A DNA stretch of 43,843 bases from Octopus sinensis (lineage: Eukaryota): assembly GCF_006345805.1 (NCBI RefSeq), contig NW_021835150.1:1-43843 (forward strand), in the 5' to 3' direction. Positions 22,366 to 38,755 of this stretch are shown here, piece by piece. Made by a program: the position numbers and the translations under genes. Below the pieces are notes generated by a model that had not been told where the DNA came from, did not search any database, and saw nothing but the letters and a program-made list of their open reading frames with translations. Positions within the stretch are counted from its first letter, which is position 1. Each line of letters starts with the position of its first letter.

Positions 22366-23933
22366 CAGTCTGCTACTTATCTGACCGTTCTGTATTGGCT
22401 GTGTGGGTAGAAAACTCGTTTTACGGTCACGCGGTTTTGAGTTCAGTTCCACCAGTCTGCTACTTATCTGATCGTTCTGTATTGGCTGTGTGGGTAGAAA
22501 ACTCGTTTTACGGTCACGCAGTTTTGAGTTCAGTTCCACCAGTCTGCTACTTATCTGATCGTTCTGTATTGGCTGTGTGGGTAGAAAACTCGTTTTACGG
22601 TCACGCGGTTTTGAGTTCAGTTTCACCTTCCCCCAGTCTGCTACTTATCTGACCGTTCTGTATTGGCTGTGTGGGTAAAAAACTCGTTAACGGTCACGCC
22701 GGTTTTGAGTTCAGTTCCACCAGTCTGCTACTTATCTGATCGTTCTGTATTGGCTGTGTGGGTAGAAAACTCGTTTTACGGTCACGCAGTTTTGAGTTCA
22801 GTTCCACCAGTCTGCTACTTATCTGATCGTTCTGTATTGGCTTTGTGGGTAAAAACTCGTTTTACGGTCACGCGGTTTTGAGTTCATTCCACGAGTCTGC
22901 TACTTATCTGATCGTTCTGTATTGGCTTGTGGGTAGAAAACTCGTTTTTACGGTTCACACAGTTTTGAGTTCATTCCACCAGTCTGCTACTTATCTGATC
23001 GTTCTGTATTGGCTGTGTGGGTAGAAAACTCGTTTTACGGTCACGCGGTTTTGAGTTCAGTTCCACCAGTCTGCTACTTATCTGATCGTCTGTATTGGCT
23101 GTGTGGTAGAAAACTCGTTTTACGGTCACGCTTTTTGAGTTCAGTTCCACCAGTCTGCTACTTATCTGATCGTTCTGTATTGGCTGTGTGGGTAGAAAAC
23201 TCGTTTTACGGTCACGCGGTTTTGAGTTCAGTTCCACCAGTCTGCTACTTATCTGACCGTTCTGTATTGGCTGTGTGGGTAGAAAACTCGTTTTACGGTC
23301 ACGCGGTTTTGAGTTCAGTTCCACCAGTCTGCTACTTATCTGATCGTTCTGTATTGGCTGTGTGGGTAGAAAACTCGTTTTACGGTCACGCAGTTTTGAG
23401 TTCAGTTCCACCAGTCTGCTACTTATCTGATCGTTCTGTATTGGCTGTGTGGGTAGAAAACTCGTTTTACGGTCACGCGGTTTTGAGTTCAGTTCCACGA
23501 GTCTGCTACTTATCTGATCGTTCTGTATTGGCTGTGTGGGTAGAAAACTCGTTTTACGGTCACACAGTTTTGAGTTCAGTTCCACCAGTCTGCTACTTAT
23601 CTGATCGTTCTGTATTGGCTGTGTGGGTAGAAAACTCGTTTTACGGTCACGCGGTTTTGAGTTCAGTTCCACCAGTCTGCTACTTATCTGATCGTTCTGT
23701 ATTGGCTGTGTGGGTAGAAAACTCGTTTTACGGTCACGCGGTTTTGAGTTCAGTTCCACCAGTCTGCTACTTATCTGATCGTTCTGTATTGGTTGTGTGG
23801 GTAGAAAACTCGTTTTACGGTCACGCGGTTTTGAGTTCAGTTCCACCAGTCTGCTACTTATCTGATCGTTCTATATTGGCTGTGTGGGTAGAAAAGTCGT
23901 TTTACGGTCACGCGGTTTTGATTTCGGTTCCAC
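22366..23933 (+). repeat. Tandem array of 18 x 87-bp units made of about 30 bp flank plus the tRNA-like head of a family B SINE
   Basis: Unit CAGTCTGCTACTTATCTGATCGTTCTGTATTGGCTGTGTGGGTAGAAAACTCGTTTTACGGTCACGCGGTTTTGAGTTCAGTTCCAC. The last unit continues into a diverged SINE body (23934-24040). Confidence 0.95.
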
Positions 23934-24047
23934 TGCGCGCCACTTTGGTCGAGTGTTTTCTACTATCGCCTCAGACAAACCAATGCTTAGTGAGTAAATT
24001 TTGGTTGGCGAAAACTGTGTGGGAGCTCGTCGTATATATGTGTTTAA

Positions 24048-24225
24048 TTAGCACGCCGGACAAGATGCTTAGCGACATTTCGTCCGTTTTCACGTTCTGA
24101 GTTCAAATTCCGCAGATGTCTACTTTTCCTTTCATCGTTTCGGGGTCGATAAAGTAAGTACCAGCTGAGTACTGGGATCGTTGTAGTTGACTTACCCCCT
24201 CTCCCGAAATTGCCGGCTTATGCAA
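24048..24225 (+). mobile_element. SINE family A-related copy, 5' truncated
   Basis: TTAGCACGCCGG...GTTCTGAGTTCAAATTCCG...TTTCGGGGTCGATAAAGTAAGTACCAG. Confidence 0.8.
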
Positions 24226-24534
24226 AACTGCTTCTAATAAATACGTTGTTTAATACTTGGCCTCGTCGTTTGACAACCGGCGTTGGTTTGTTTATATCAT
24301 GACTTAGGTTAAGAAATTTGCTTTGCAAACATCTGGTTTTGGGTTCAGTGCCATTGAGCAAGTATTTTCTACTTTAGACCAAAGATTTACGACTTAGTAG
24401 ACAGCAAGTGAAATAAGACTGAAAAATTTTCCCACACGCCCTTCAGAACATGATTATTTTAATTTACTTAACTAAATGAAATTCGAATCCTTAACGTGCT
24501 AGCGCATATCACTCACACGATATCGTCTTCCTTA

Positions 24535-24759
24535 AGGCGGTGAGCTGGCAGAATCGTTAGCACGCCGGGAAAAATGCTTGGCGGTATTTCGTCTGCCGCT
24601 ACGTTCTGAGTTCAAATTCCACCGACTTTGCCTTTCATCCTTTCGGGGTTATTAAATAAGTACCAGTTACGCACTGGGGTCGATGCAATCGACTTAATCC
24701 GTTTGTCTGTCCTTGTTTGTCCCCTCTGTGTTTAGCCCCTTGTGGGCAATAAACAAACT
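24535..24759 (+). mobile_element. SINE family A monomer with 16-bp TSD (1 mismatch)
   Basis: GATATCGTCTT(C/G)CTTA at 24519-24534 and 24760-24775. Confidence 0.9.
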
Positions 24760-24776
24760 GATATCGTCTTGCTTAC

Positions 24777-24917
24777 CCACAGCAAATGTACACAACCATA
24801 ATGCCAGACACACTACGCCGCTGCACTTCTTTTCAGGCACTTTACACAACATGTACACTTCCGCCAGAGGTTTTTCCCAATTTTGAACGTTCTTCAATTT
24901 TCGTATAGTGCACATTC
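24777..24917 (-). other. Candidate coding exon ending in a signal-peptide-like stretch
   Basis: Open frame ...MLCKVPEKKCSGVVCLALWLCTFAV-G followed by donor GTAAGC (24776-24771). The acceptor TTGCAG is weak. No homology recognised. Confidence 0.25.
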
Positions 24918-24956
24918 CTGCAATTTTCCCTTTTATCTATTTATATATATAGGCCC

Positions 24957-25100
24957 AGGCATAGCTGTGTGGTAAGAAGCTTGCTTCCCAACCACATGGT
25001 TTTGGGTTCAGCCCCACTGCGTAGCACCTTGGGCAAGTGTCTTCTACTATAGCCTTGTGAGAGGATTTGGTAGACGGAAACTGAAAGGAGCCCGTTGTGT
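24957..25100 (+). mobile_element. SINE family B 5' half
   Basis: TAGCTGTGTGGTAAGAAGCTTGCTTCCCAACCACATGG...CCTTGGGCAAGTGTCTTC. Confidence 0.85.
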
Positions 25101-25165
25101 ATCTGTGTATATATATACGCATACACACACACACATACACACACACATATACACATACAATTGTA

Positions 25166-25301
25166 CAGAAATCCCTCGCCATATCGCGGTTCACCCATGG
25201 CGGTTTATTACTTAAGCTTACATCGATTACTCCGTGGTGTTGTTTTGCATTTATAATAAAATAAATATATACAAATTATAAAAATAATTAAAAAATTACT
25301 G
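25166..25301. mobile_element. Possible Tigger/pogo-like MITE remnant
   Basis: TA-CAGAAATCCCTCGCCATATCGCGG at left; ATTACTG-TA at right. Confidence 0.4.
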
Positions 25302-25786
25302 TACTTCAACAAATTATCGAGATGGAAAGTGTTGTAGTGAACAGCAACAAAATACTTAAGCTAGGATTCGAACTCGAAAACACAGTTTAAAACCAGTCCT
25401 TGCCCAATTGTTCTCACTTTTTGGACTAAGAAATTTATGAGAGTAATCTGGCTTGATCTTTCTTACGGTATTCATCAGTCAAAGCTGATTAGAGAGGAGA
25501 AATCCTTTGTTTTCACTTGACCTAATTTAGTCACGAAAACCATGAATAGGTGAAGCCAAGTGGCTTTCTTTTTCTTTGGGATGACAGATCTCTGGTCAAA
25601 GAGGAACTGTTTCCGCATGCTATTAACACGCGAGTGTAGATTTATCACCATTTCGACAATTCATTTTATTTTGTCTCTCTTTAGTAGTAATCACACAGAT
25701 GAATATATTATCTACACAATGGACTCGAGATCAACAAATAATTTGTGTACACACAACTCGATGAAGTTGTATTTCTTAATTGTACC

Positions 25787-25831
<45 letters not shown>

Positions 25832-26169
25832 CCCTGATGTAGTACCAGGCAGTGGCTCTCGTGGCTTCTGATCTTAACTGATTGGAAGTGTTATCATGTA
25901 CATTGTTTTGTCTTGGTATAAAAGATGGGCTACAGCAAATATTCTGCTCAATACCACAGATTTGCTTGTTAGTTGTTTGACTGTAACCAGTTGAGCATGT
26001 CCCTTAGTGGCTGACGATATGTGCATCTCTGATCACGAGCAGAAGTAGTGGGGGAGCATCATAGCCATGTGTTGAGAGGGATTCTTTGGGGTTTGAATAA
26101 TTTATCTCTGGAAACATGGGTGTTTCATTCAATATCCTTAAACAACCCTTATTCAGGGACCTTTTGAGT

Positions 26170-26295
26170 CGTCGAGGTCGACTTTGCCTTTCATCTTTTC
26201 GGAGTAGATAAATTAAATACCAGTGAAATACTGGGGTCGATGCAACCGAATAATCCCTTTCCCGCCAAAATTCAGGCCTTGTGCCTTTAGTAGAA
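26170..26295 (+). mobile_element. SINE family A-related 3' fragment
   Basis: GAGGTCGACTTTGCCTTTCATC...TACCAGTG..ATACTGGGGTCGATG. Confidence 0.75.
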
Positions 26296-26579
26296 AAAAA
26301 ATTATCTCTTAATACCAGCACCTCTTCTACCATCACCATCACCATGGTAAGGACTATTTCAAAACTATTAGCGATAAATACCATTGTTACCCCTCACCCC
26401 ATCTATATTCACAACCACCACAACCACCAGCACCATACCACCACCAACAACAAACAGGAAATATGTAGTGGTCATCGTTGAACAGACTTTCCCAAAAACA
26501 TAAAAAAATCTTTCATGCATCTTAAATGTTATCTGTGTGTGTGTATATGTGTGTCTGCATACCTGTATAATCGTGTGCG

Positions 26580-26611
<32 letters not shown>

Positions 26612-26962
26612 TGTCTGTAAGACTGTCTTATGTGTATGTCTAAGATGGTTTAATGAACTGTATATTTATGTTGGAATGGATATCTGCGTTCATGCATGTG
26701 TGTGTGTGTGTGTGTGTCTGTGTGTGTGTGTATGTGTGTGTGTGTGTGTGTGTCCGTTTGTAGAGGCAGGAAATTCTTTTAACCGCTTGATTGATCGTGG
26801 GGCAATTATTACAACACTACAATGTCAAGTCAATTGACCTGAATGCAACTCGACCAAAGTCGCCGCTGGCTATCGCTGGCCTTCACGATCGCCTCTCAGA
26901 CGACCACTCTACAATACATCACAACGTTATAACGGTTCACAAAGCGCTCTCTTTAGCATTCT

Positions 26963-27013
<51 letters not shown>

Positions 27014-27247
27014 GTGGTGGTGGTGGTGGTAGTGGTGGTAGTGAGTAGGTCCCCTATATTTACTAATAAGTTGTATTGAGTCTGGTTATAGTGCTAAGTA
27101 GGTTGGAGGCTGTAGAGGGTCGGGTGGTGGATAGTGTGTTGGGGAAAATAGAGATAAAGAGGGAGTGAGAGGGAAACGTTGTGAAGGCAATCATCAGTGA
27201 TCAAGTTGGTGTCCTGACTGGAAAGGAATGTTACTTAGTTCCTATAA

Positions 27248-27249
<2 letters not shown>

Positions 27250-27312
<63 letters not shown>

Positions 27313-27360
27313 GTCTGTCTGTCTGTCTACATATCTATCTATCTACCTATCTATCTATTC

Positions 27361-27406
<46 letters not shown>

Positions 27407-27419
27407 TCATCTATCTATC

Positions 27420-27465
<46 letters not shown>

Positions 27466-27522
27466 TCATCTATCTACCTATCTATCTATTCATCTATCTA
27501 CCTATCTATCTATTCATCTATC
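27250..27522. repeat. (ATCT)n tetranucleotide microsatellite
   Basis: Directly visible. Confidence 0.95.
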
Positions 27523-27523
27523 T

Positions 27524-27722
27524 AGAGGACAAACAAGGACAGACAAACGAATTAAGTCGATTATATCGACCCCAGGGCGTAACTGGTACTTATTTAATCA
27601 ACCCCGAAAGGAGGAAAGGCAAAGTCGACCTCGGCGGAATTTGAACTCAGAACGCAGCGGTTGACGAGATACTACTAAGCATTTCGCCTGGCATGCTAAC
27701 GTTTCTACCAGTTCACCGTCTT
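27524..27722 (-). mobile_element. SINE family A monomer
   Basis: Matches family A body and head. Confidence 0.88.
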
Positions 27723-27749
27723 ACCACACAACGTGTGTGTGTGTGTGTG

Positions 27750-27782
<33 letters not shown>

Positions 27783-28111
27783 TGTGTGTGTATGTGTGTG
27801 TGTGTGTGTGTGTTTATGTACACTTTATTAAATTAGGTTATAATCAAACATATACAATTAGTTTAATGGATACACATTTGAGAATGGTTTTGTTTCATTG
27901 GTTTCTTCAACTAACGGTCTTTACAATGACCGGTTGCATGTAATGGACAAAATTCTGTATGAAATCATCTTATGAAATCGAAGAGAAACTTAAATCAAAA
28001 ATAGCTTATGAAGAAATGCTTTTTAATAAAGCATATTACTCTACCTCTGGTCTTCGAGTACTTTTGCCCCAACCTTTTTTATGCTTACTCTGGGGTGTAT
28101 ATATCTATATA

Positions 28112-28514
28112 TACTCTTTTACTTGTTTCAGTCATTTGACTGTGACCATGCTGGAGCACCGCTTTTAGTCGAGCAAAGCGACCCCAGGACTTATTCTTTG
28201 TAAGCCTAGTACTTATTCTATCGCTCTCTTATGCCGAACCGCTAGATTACGGGGACGTAAACACACCAGCATCGGTTGTCAAGCGATGTTGGGAGGACAA
28301 ACACAGACATACAAACACACACAAACATACACACACACACATATATGTACACATATATACGACAGGATTCTTTCAGTTTCCGTCTACCAAATCCACTCAC
28401 AAGGCTTTGGTCGGCCCGGGGCTATAGCAGAAGACACTTGCCCAAGATGCCACGCAGGGTGATTGAACCCAAAACCATGTGGTTGGTAAGCAAGCTACTT
28501 ACCACACAGCCACT
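28112..28514 (-). mobile_element. SINE family B, full length
   Basis: Matches family B. Confidence 0.9.
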
Positions 28515-29059
28515 ATATATATATATATATATATATTCTCGTTTTATTTTGTTGCTATTCCCGTTCAGCGTTTCGGTATTTCAGTTGTGTTCGAAGTAAA
28601 TATTTCTTGTGGTTGCTTTGGTGGATAGTTGTATGGCGGTCGGGTGGAGGTAGAGAATAGATGCAGGTGATGATGATGAGGATGACGAGGTGAAGGATGA
28701 TCTTGGTGTTGATTGAAGATGATCGAGGAGAAGATGGTACGGGAAAGGGGCGTGGTTCAGAAGGGTGGGGGTGGGGAGAAAAGGCGAGGCGGCGGCGGGG
28801 TGGGTGGGGCGAAGCTTGTAAGTGCTAACATTAGTAACAGAGCGCAATCTCGGCACGCGCTCACGCACATACGCACGCACACACCAACACACAGAAGAAA
28901 TACTTATGTACAGATGCATGCACAACCACCCAGACATACATATACACGAGCGTACACACAAATACACACACATACAAACATACACACTCGCACACTCGCA
29001 ACAAACACACACACACACACACGTATATATACGTTTGCATAAATATATTTTCATATATA

Positions 29060-29157
29060 TGTAAACACACACACACACACACACACACCGCACACACACA
29101 CACACACACACACTCCCACACTCACTCACATACTAACACACACACACACACACACGC

Positions 29158-29209
<52 letters not shown>

Positions 29210-29331
29210 ACACACACACACACACACGCACACAACACACACACACGCACACACCACAACACACACACACACTCCCACACTCACTCAAGCATACTAACAC
29301 ACCACACCACACACACACGCACACCACACAC

Positions 29332-29390
<59 letters not shown>

Positions 29391-29837
29391 AATATATATA
29401 TACATATATTTATATATACGTATATACATGCTTGCATAAATATATTTATACACATACACATACGTATATATACGTTTGCATATATATATTTACATATATA
29501 TGTAAACATATATATACATACACAGGCTTGTATAAATACATTTACACACAATCACGCGCGTGCGCGCGGACACACTTGCAGGCACGTGGATCTACCTAGA
29601 AGTTAGACTGTGTGCTGCAATGATAAAGGGTATTAATTTAGTGAGATGTGAGGTCATCAGAATCGAACCTGCACCCCCACTTCTCACATCCTCTCTACTC
29701 ACGCGCTCTCTCTCACTCTCTACTCAACCTCGCTATTAGTCACACATTCGCTCAATCCTCTCCCCTACTTCGAAATCTCATAAACACTCACTCTCACATA
29801 CTGACACACGCACACACACACACACACGCACACACAC

Positions 29838-29875
<38 letters not shown>

Positions 29876-29933
29876 GCACACACACGCACACACACACACA
29901 CGCACACACACACACACGCACACACACGCACAC

Positions 29934-29984
<51 letters not shown>

Positions 29985-30009
29985 CACGCACACACGCACA
30001 CACACGCAC

Positions 30010-30068
<59 letters not shown>

Positions 30069-30150
30069 CACGCACACACGCACACACACGCACACACACA
30101 TACACACACACACACACACGCACACACAACACACACACACATATATATAT
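29060..30150. repeat. Long (CA)n/(CACG)n and (AT)n microsatellite blocks with a unique spacer at about 29550-29800
   Basis: Directly visible. Confidence 0.9.
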
Positions 30151-30315
30151 AATTTAGATAGATAGATACAGTCTCACTCACTGACTCATCATTCAATTAT
30201 TTCTTCATGCACTCACACAGCAACTCACTCTCTCATTTACTCACACAGAGATCAAATCTCACCGAGACCAACTACATTTTAATCCTTGTAGGGTCGATAA
30301 ATAAAGTCCAATACC

Positions 30316-30729
30316 TATTTCTTTACTGCCCACAAGGGGCTAAACACAAAGGGGACAAACAAGGACAGACACACGGATTAAGCCGATTGCATCGACCCCA
30401 GTGCGTAACTGGTACATATTTAATCGACCCCGAAAGGATGAAAGGCAAAGTGAACCTCGGCGGAATTTGAACTCAGAACGTAACGGCAGACGAAATACCT
30501 ATTTCTTTATTACCCACAAGGGGCTAAACACAGAGGGGACAAACAAGGACAGACATAGGTATTAAGTCGATTACATCGACCCCAGCTAACTGGTACTTAA
30601 TTTATCGACCCCGAAAGGATGAAAGGCAAAGTCGACCTTGGCGGAATTTGAACTCACGACATAACGCAGACGAAATACCGCTAAGCATTTCGCCCGGCGT
30701 GCTAACGTTTCTGCCAAATCGCCTCCTTG
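30316..30729 (-). mobile_element. SINE family A dimer (head-body-body) with 14-bp TSD
   Basis: TAAAGTCCAATACC at 30302-30315 and 30730-30743. Internal junction GAAATACCTATTTC at about 30492-30505. Confidence 0.92.
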
Positions 30730-31156
30730 TAAAGTCCAATACCGTGCTGGGCTCCATTCTCTCTCCTCTCTCTCTCACTGTGTCTTTCTGTGTGTCTGAC
30801 TTTTTGTCTTCTGGAAGGAACCAATTGTTGTCAGACATGACGAGTGTTGAGTTCCTCCAAATCTGACAACGATCGGCTAAAACATCCTGTATGTGGGGGA
30901 TGGCGTCCCTACGACTACCCCAAAGTGTTCGGTGCCCATAGCAAGACAAGACAATGTAACTGTTTTAAAAACAATCTCACTGGCTAATCGCGAGACCAGC
31001 GCCTGTTCCGGCACTGCTTTTTTAAATATATATTTTACTTCAGATAACACATTTTGAAAAAGGCTCATTTCGTTTGTGTGGAGTTGAGCTTCTACATTTT
31101 TACTGTAACTCAGGATGTCTATGTCGTTATTGTCTCTGCCACTTTCAAATAAGACA

Positions 31157-31157
<1 letters not shown>

Positions 31158-31227
<70 letters not shown>

Positions 31228-31241
31228 CATCCATCTATCCG

Positions 31242-31318
<77 letters not shown>

Positions 31319-31359
31319 GTATCTGTCTGTCTATCTGTCCCCCCCTCCCCCTCTCTCTT

Positions 31360-31390
<31 letters not shown>
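31158..31390. repeat. (ATCT)n/(GTCT)n/(CT)n microsatellite
   Basis: Directly visible. Confidence 0.95.
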
Positions 31391-31519
31391 GTAGAGACTT
31401 TCAAACAAAACAAAATATGTTATAGTGTATATTAGAAAATTAATAATTTGATTAACTGTTAACATTTAAATAAATATTGCAGTTGACTTAGATTGATGGA
31501 AATTTGTCTAGCGATCGAG

Positions 31520-31859
31520 CGTCCGCCATTGACAAGACCAAGGGATTTTTAGCCGAATGAACTGGGACCAGTACTTATTTTCTAAGCCTGGTATTTATTC
31601 TACCGAGGTCTTTTGCCGAACCGTTTAGCTACGGGGATATAAACACACCAACACTGGTTGTCAAGTAGTGATGAGCGAGGGGGACAAACACACACAAACA
31701 CACACTCTCTCTCTCCTTGTTTTTTTCTGTGTCCCTTTCTGTAGAAGAGCGTAGGTTCGAAACGTAAAAGACTTTTTCTATTCCTGAGCCTTATACTAAT
31801 ACATCTGTTTGTTTTGTACACCACTTCTCTTCGTTATTTGTTGTTTTCGTAAACTCTCC

Positions 31860-31893
<34 letters not shown>

Positions 31894-32250
31894 CCGTGAT
31901 AGATAGCCACTACACACATATTTTGTCTCTCCTTGTTTTTTCTGTGTCCCTTTCTGTAGAAGAGCGTAGGCTCGAAACGTAAAATACTTTTCCTATTCCT
32001 GAGCGCTTGTTTGTTTTGTACACCACCTGTCTTCGTTTGTTTTGTACACCACCTGTCTTCGTCTTTTGTTTTCTTTCGTAAACTCTCCCTATATATATAC
32101 ATACATATACGACGGGTTTTTATCGGCCAAATCTACTCACAAGTCCTTGGTGGGCTTGAGGCTATAGTAGAAGACACTTATCCAAGGTGTCACATAATGG
32201 GGCCGAACACGGAACCATGTGGTTTGGAAGCAATCCACTAACACATAGCA
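31520..32250 (-). mobile_element. Diverged SINE family B split by the repeat at 31711-32091
   Basis: 3' half at 31520-31690 and 5' half at 32100-32250. Confidence 0.75.
31711..32091 (+). mobile_element. Two direct repeats (about 215-bp spacing), each with a hammerhead-like fold; Penelope pseudo-LTR-like relic
   Basis: cttt-CTGTAGA-a-gagc-gtag-g(c/t)tc-GAAA-CG-TA-aaa at 31735-31770 and 31950-31984. Confidence 0.55.
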
Positions 32251-32690
32251 TTTCAATTACTATAGTTTGTTGTTGCGGTTGTTGTTTGTGGAGTTTTGTC
32301 GATTGGGATGTTGATGGTGGTGGTGATGATGATGATGATGATGTGGATGATGATGAGGATGATATTTGTCTGTGTTGATGGTAGTGGGCGAAGTGTTTCG
32401 ATACTGCGGTCCGTGCAAAGTGTTGTTGCTTGATGGAATTGTTGTTGTTGGGGGAGGGATGGTGTTTAGTGTTGCTGGATGTGGTAGTGGTGATTGTAGT
32501 AGATGGCGCTGCCGGTGTTGATGCTGAACCAGTGTTAAACATCGTTGCTTCGGGTTAATTAAATTGCTGCATGTAATTAAATTTGTGGATGTATAAACGT
32601 TTATACATACGTATAGACATGCGATAATACACACACATATATATGTGTATATATATATAATATACATATATAAACATATTTGTGTGTAAA

Positions 32691-32726
<36 letters not shown>

Positions 32727-32732
32727 ACATGT

Positions 32733-32988
32733 AGGGGCGCAATGGCCCAGTGGTTAGGGCAGCGGACTCGCGGTCGTAGGATCGCGGTTTCGATTCCCAG
32801 ACCGGGCGTTGTGAGTGTTTATTGAGCGAAAACACCTAAAAAAGCTTCACTAGGCTCCGGCAGGGGGTGGTGATCCCTGCTGTACTCTTTCACCACTCTT
32901 TCTTCTGTTGGCCTGCTCGCCTAGCCATCGAGGTGGCTAAAACAATGCGAACGCATTGTGACCAGCGATGTGTAACTACATCTAATGG
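32733..32988 (+). mobile_element. SINE family C, tail type 3
   Basis: Homologous to 19158-19460. Confidence 0.88.
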
Positions 32989-33020
32989 ACACATATATAT
33001 ATATGTGTGTGTGTGTATAT

Positions 33021-33197
33021 ATACTCTTTTACTTGTTTCAGTCATTTGACTGTGACCATGCTGGAGCACCGCCTTTAGTCGAGCACATCGACTCCATGAC
33101 TTATTCTTTGTAAGCCTAGTACTTATTCTATCGGTCTCTTTTGCCGAACCGCTAAGTTACGGGGACGCAAGCACACCAGCATCGGTTGTCAAGCGAT
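33021..33197 (-). mobile_element. SINE family B 3' half
   Basis: Nearly identical to 28112-28290. Confidence 0.88.
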
Positions 33198-33699
33198 ATT
33201 GAGATTTCAATGAAATGATTTGTCTTATTTTTAAAATGACATTTTGGGTATAAGAGTTCAGATCGGGCCGATTTGAACTTAAAACAGGCAGGATATTTGG
33301 GCCTTAAATGGCCGGTTTCAATTCTTAAGGGCTAACAAACTGTTGTGTGAGTGCTGGCAGTTGTAGTTGTGAATACTGTGATTGAGATCGAACCGAGAAC
33401 CCCTGCGATGCAAATAAAATTCTTTACGCCACAACTCTTATTCCTGTGCCTGTATGTATGGTTACGCAGATTTTCTTTATCTAAAATAAGTTAGTCAGAA
33501 AGATTGCCGTAAGCATATAATTTTATATGCTTATATGATTGGCTCTTGGGTGTGTGTGTGTACGTACAGGTGTTTGTAGGAAGACGTGGATGCAGTTTCG
33601 ATTGTGTGTGATGCTGAAAATGTATGGGAATATAGAGATAAGTAGATGTATATTCGTTCATAATACATAAGTGACCGTAGGTATTAATTATATATACGA

Positions 33700-38160
<4,461 letters not shown>

Positions 38161-38420
38161 ACACGCAAACACACACACACACAGATACATATCCTGACAA
38201 CATATGCTCACACCTCATGCACAGTATCACACAAATGTACTCATACACACATAATTTGCTTCTCTATATCTACTTAATAACACAAACATCTCCTTCGACA
38301 GGAAATTACAAGAGCAGAGAATAAATTTTCTCCTTTTGTTGGATTTATCGTCTTTGATGTACGTCTCACTCCTCTCTATATCTCTCACACACACACACAC
38401 TGTGTGTGTGTGGTGTGTAT

Positions 38421-38673
38421 AGGCGAAGGCGTGGCTGTGTGGTAAGAAGCTTGCTTTTCAACCACATGGTTCCGTGTTCAGTCCCACTACGTGGTACCTG
38501 GGCAAGTGTCTTCTAAATTTAGCCTCAGGCTGTCCAAAGGATTTATTCTTTTGTAAGCTTAGTACTTATTCTATCGATTTCTTTTGCTGAACCGATGGTG
38601 TGTGGGGCAGACACTGACACAGACGGAAACTGAAAGAGAGAAACTGAAAGAAGTCCGTCGTATACACACACAC

Positions 38674-38755
<82 letters not shown>

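Noticed and set aside
22366-23933. CRISPR array
   Set aside because: Units are contiguous near-identical 87-mers with no unique spacers, no cas genes, and the context is eukaryotic.
22971-24100. Long ORFs of 291 and 363 aa as repeat proteins
   Set aside because: The 87-bp period is a multiple of 3 with stop-free frames on both strands; the unit is SINE-derived and indels break the frame upstream.
25830-26168. Non-repetitive-looking stretch after (AAT)n, possibly an exon or LINE UTR
   Set aside because: Single copy in this window, with no ORF motif or termini I can support.
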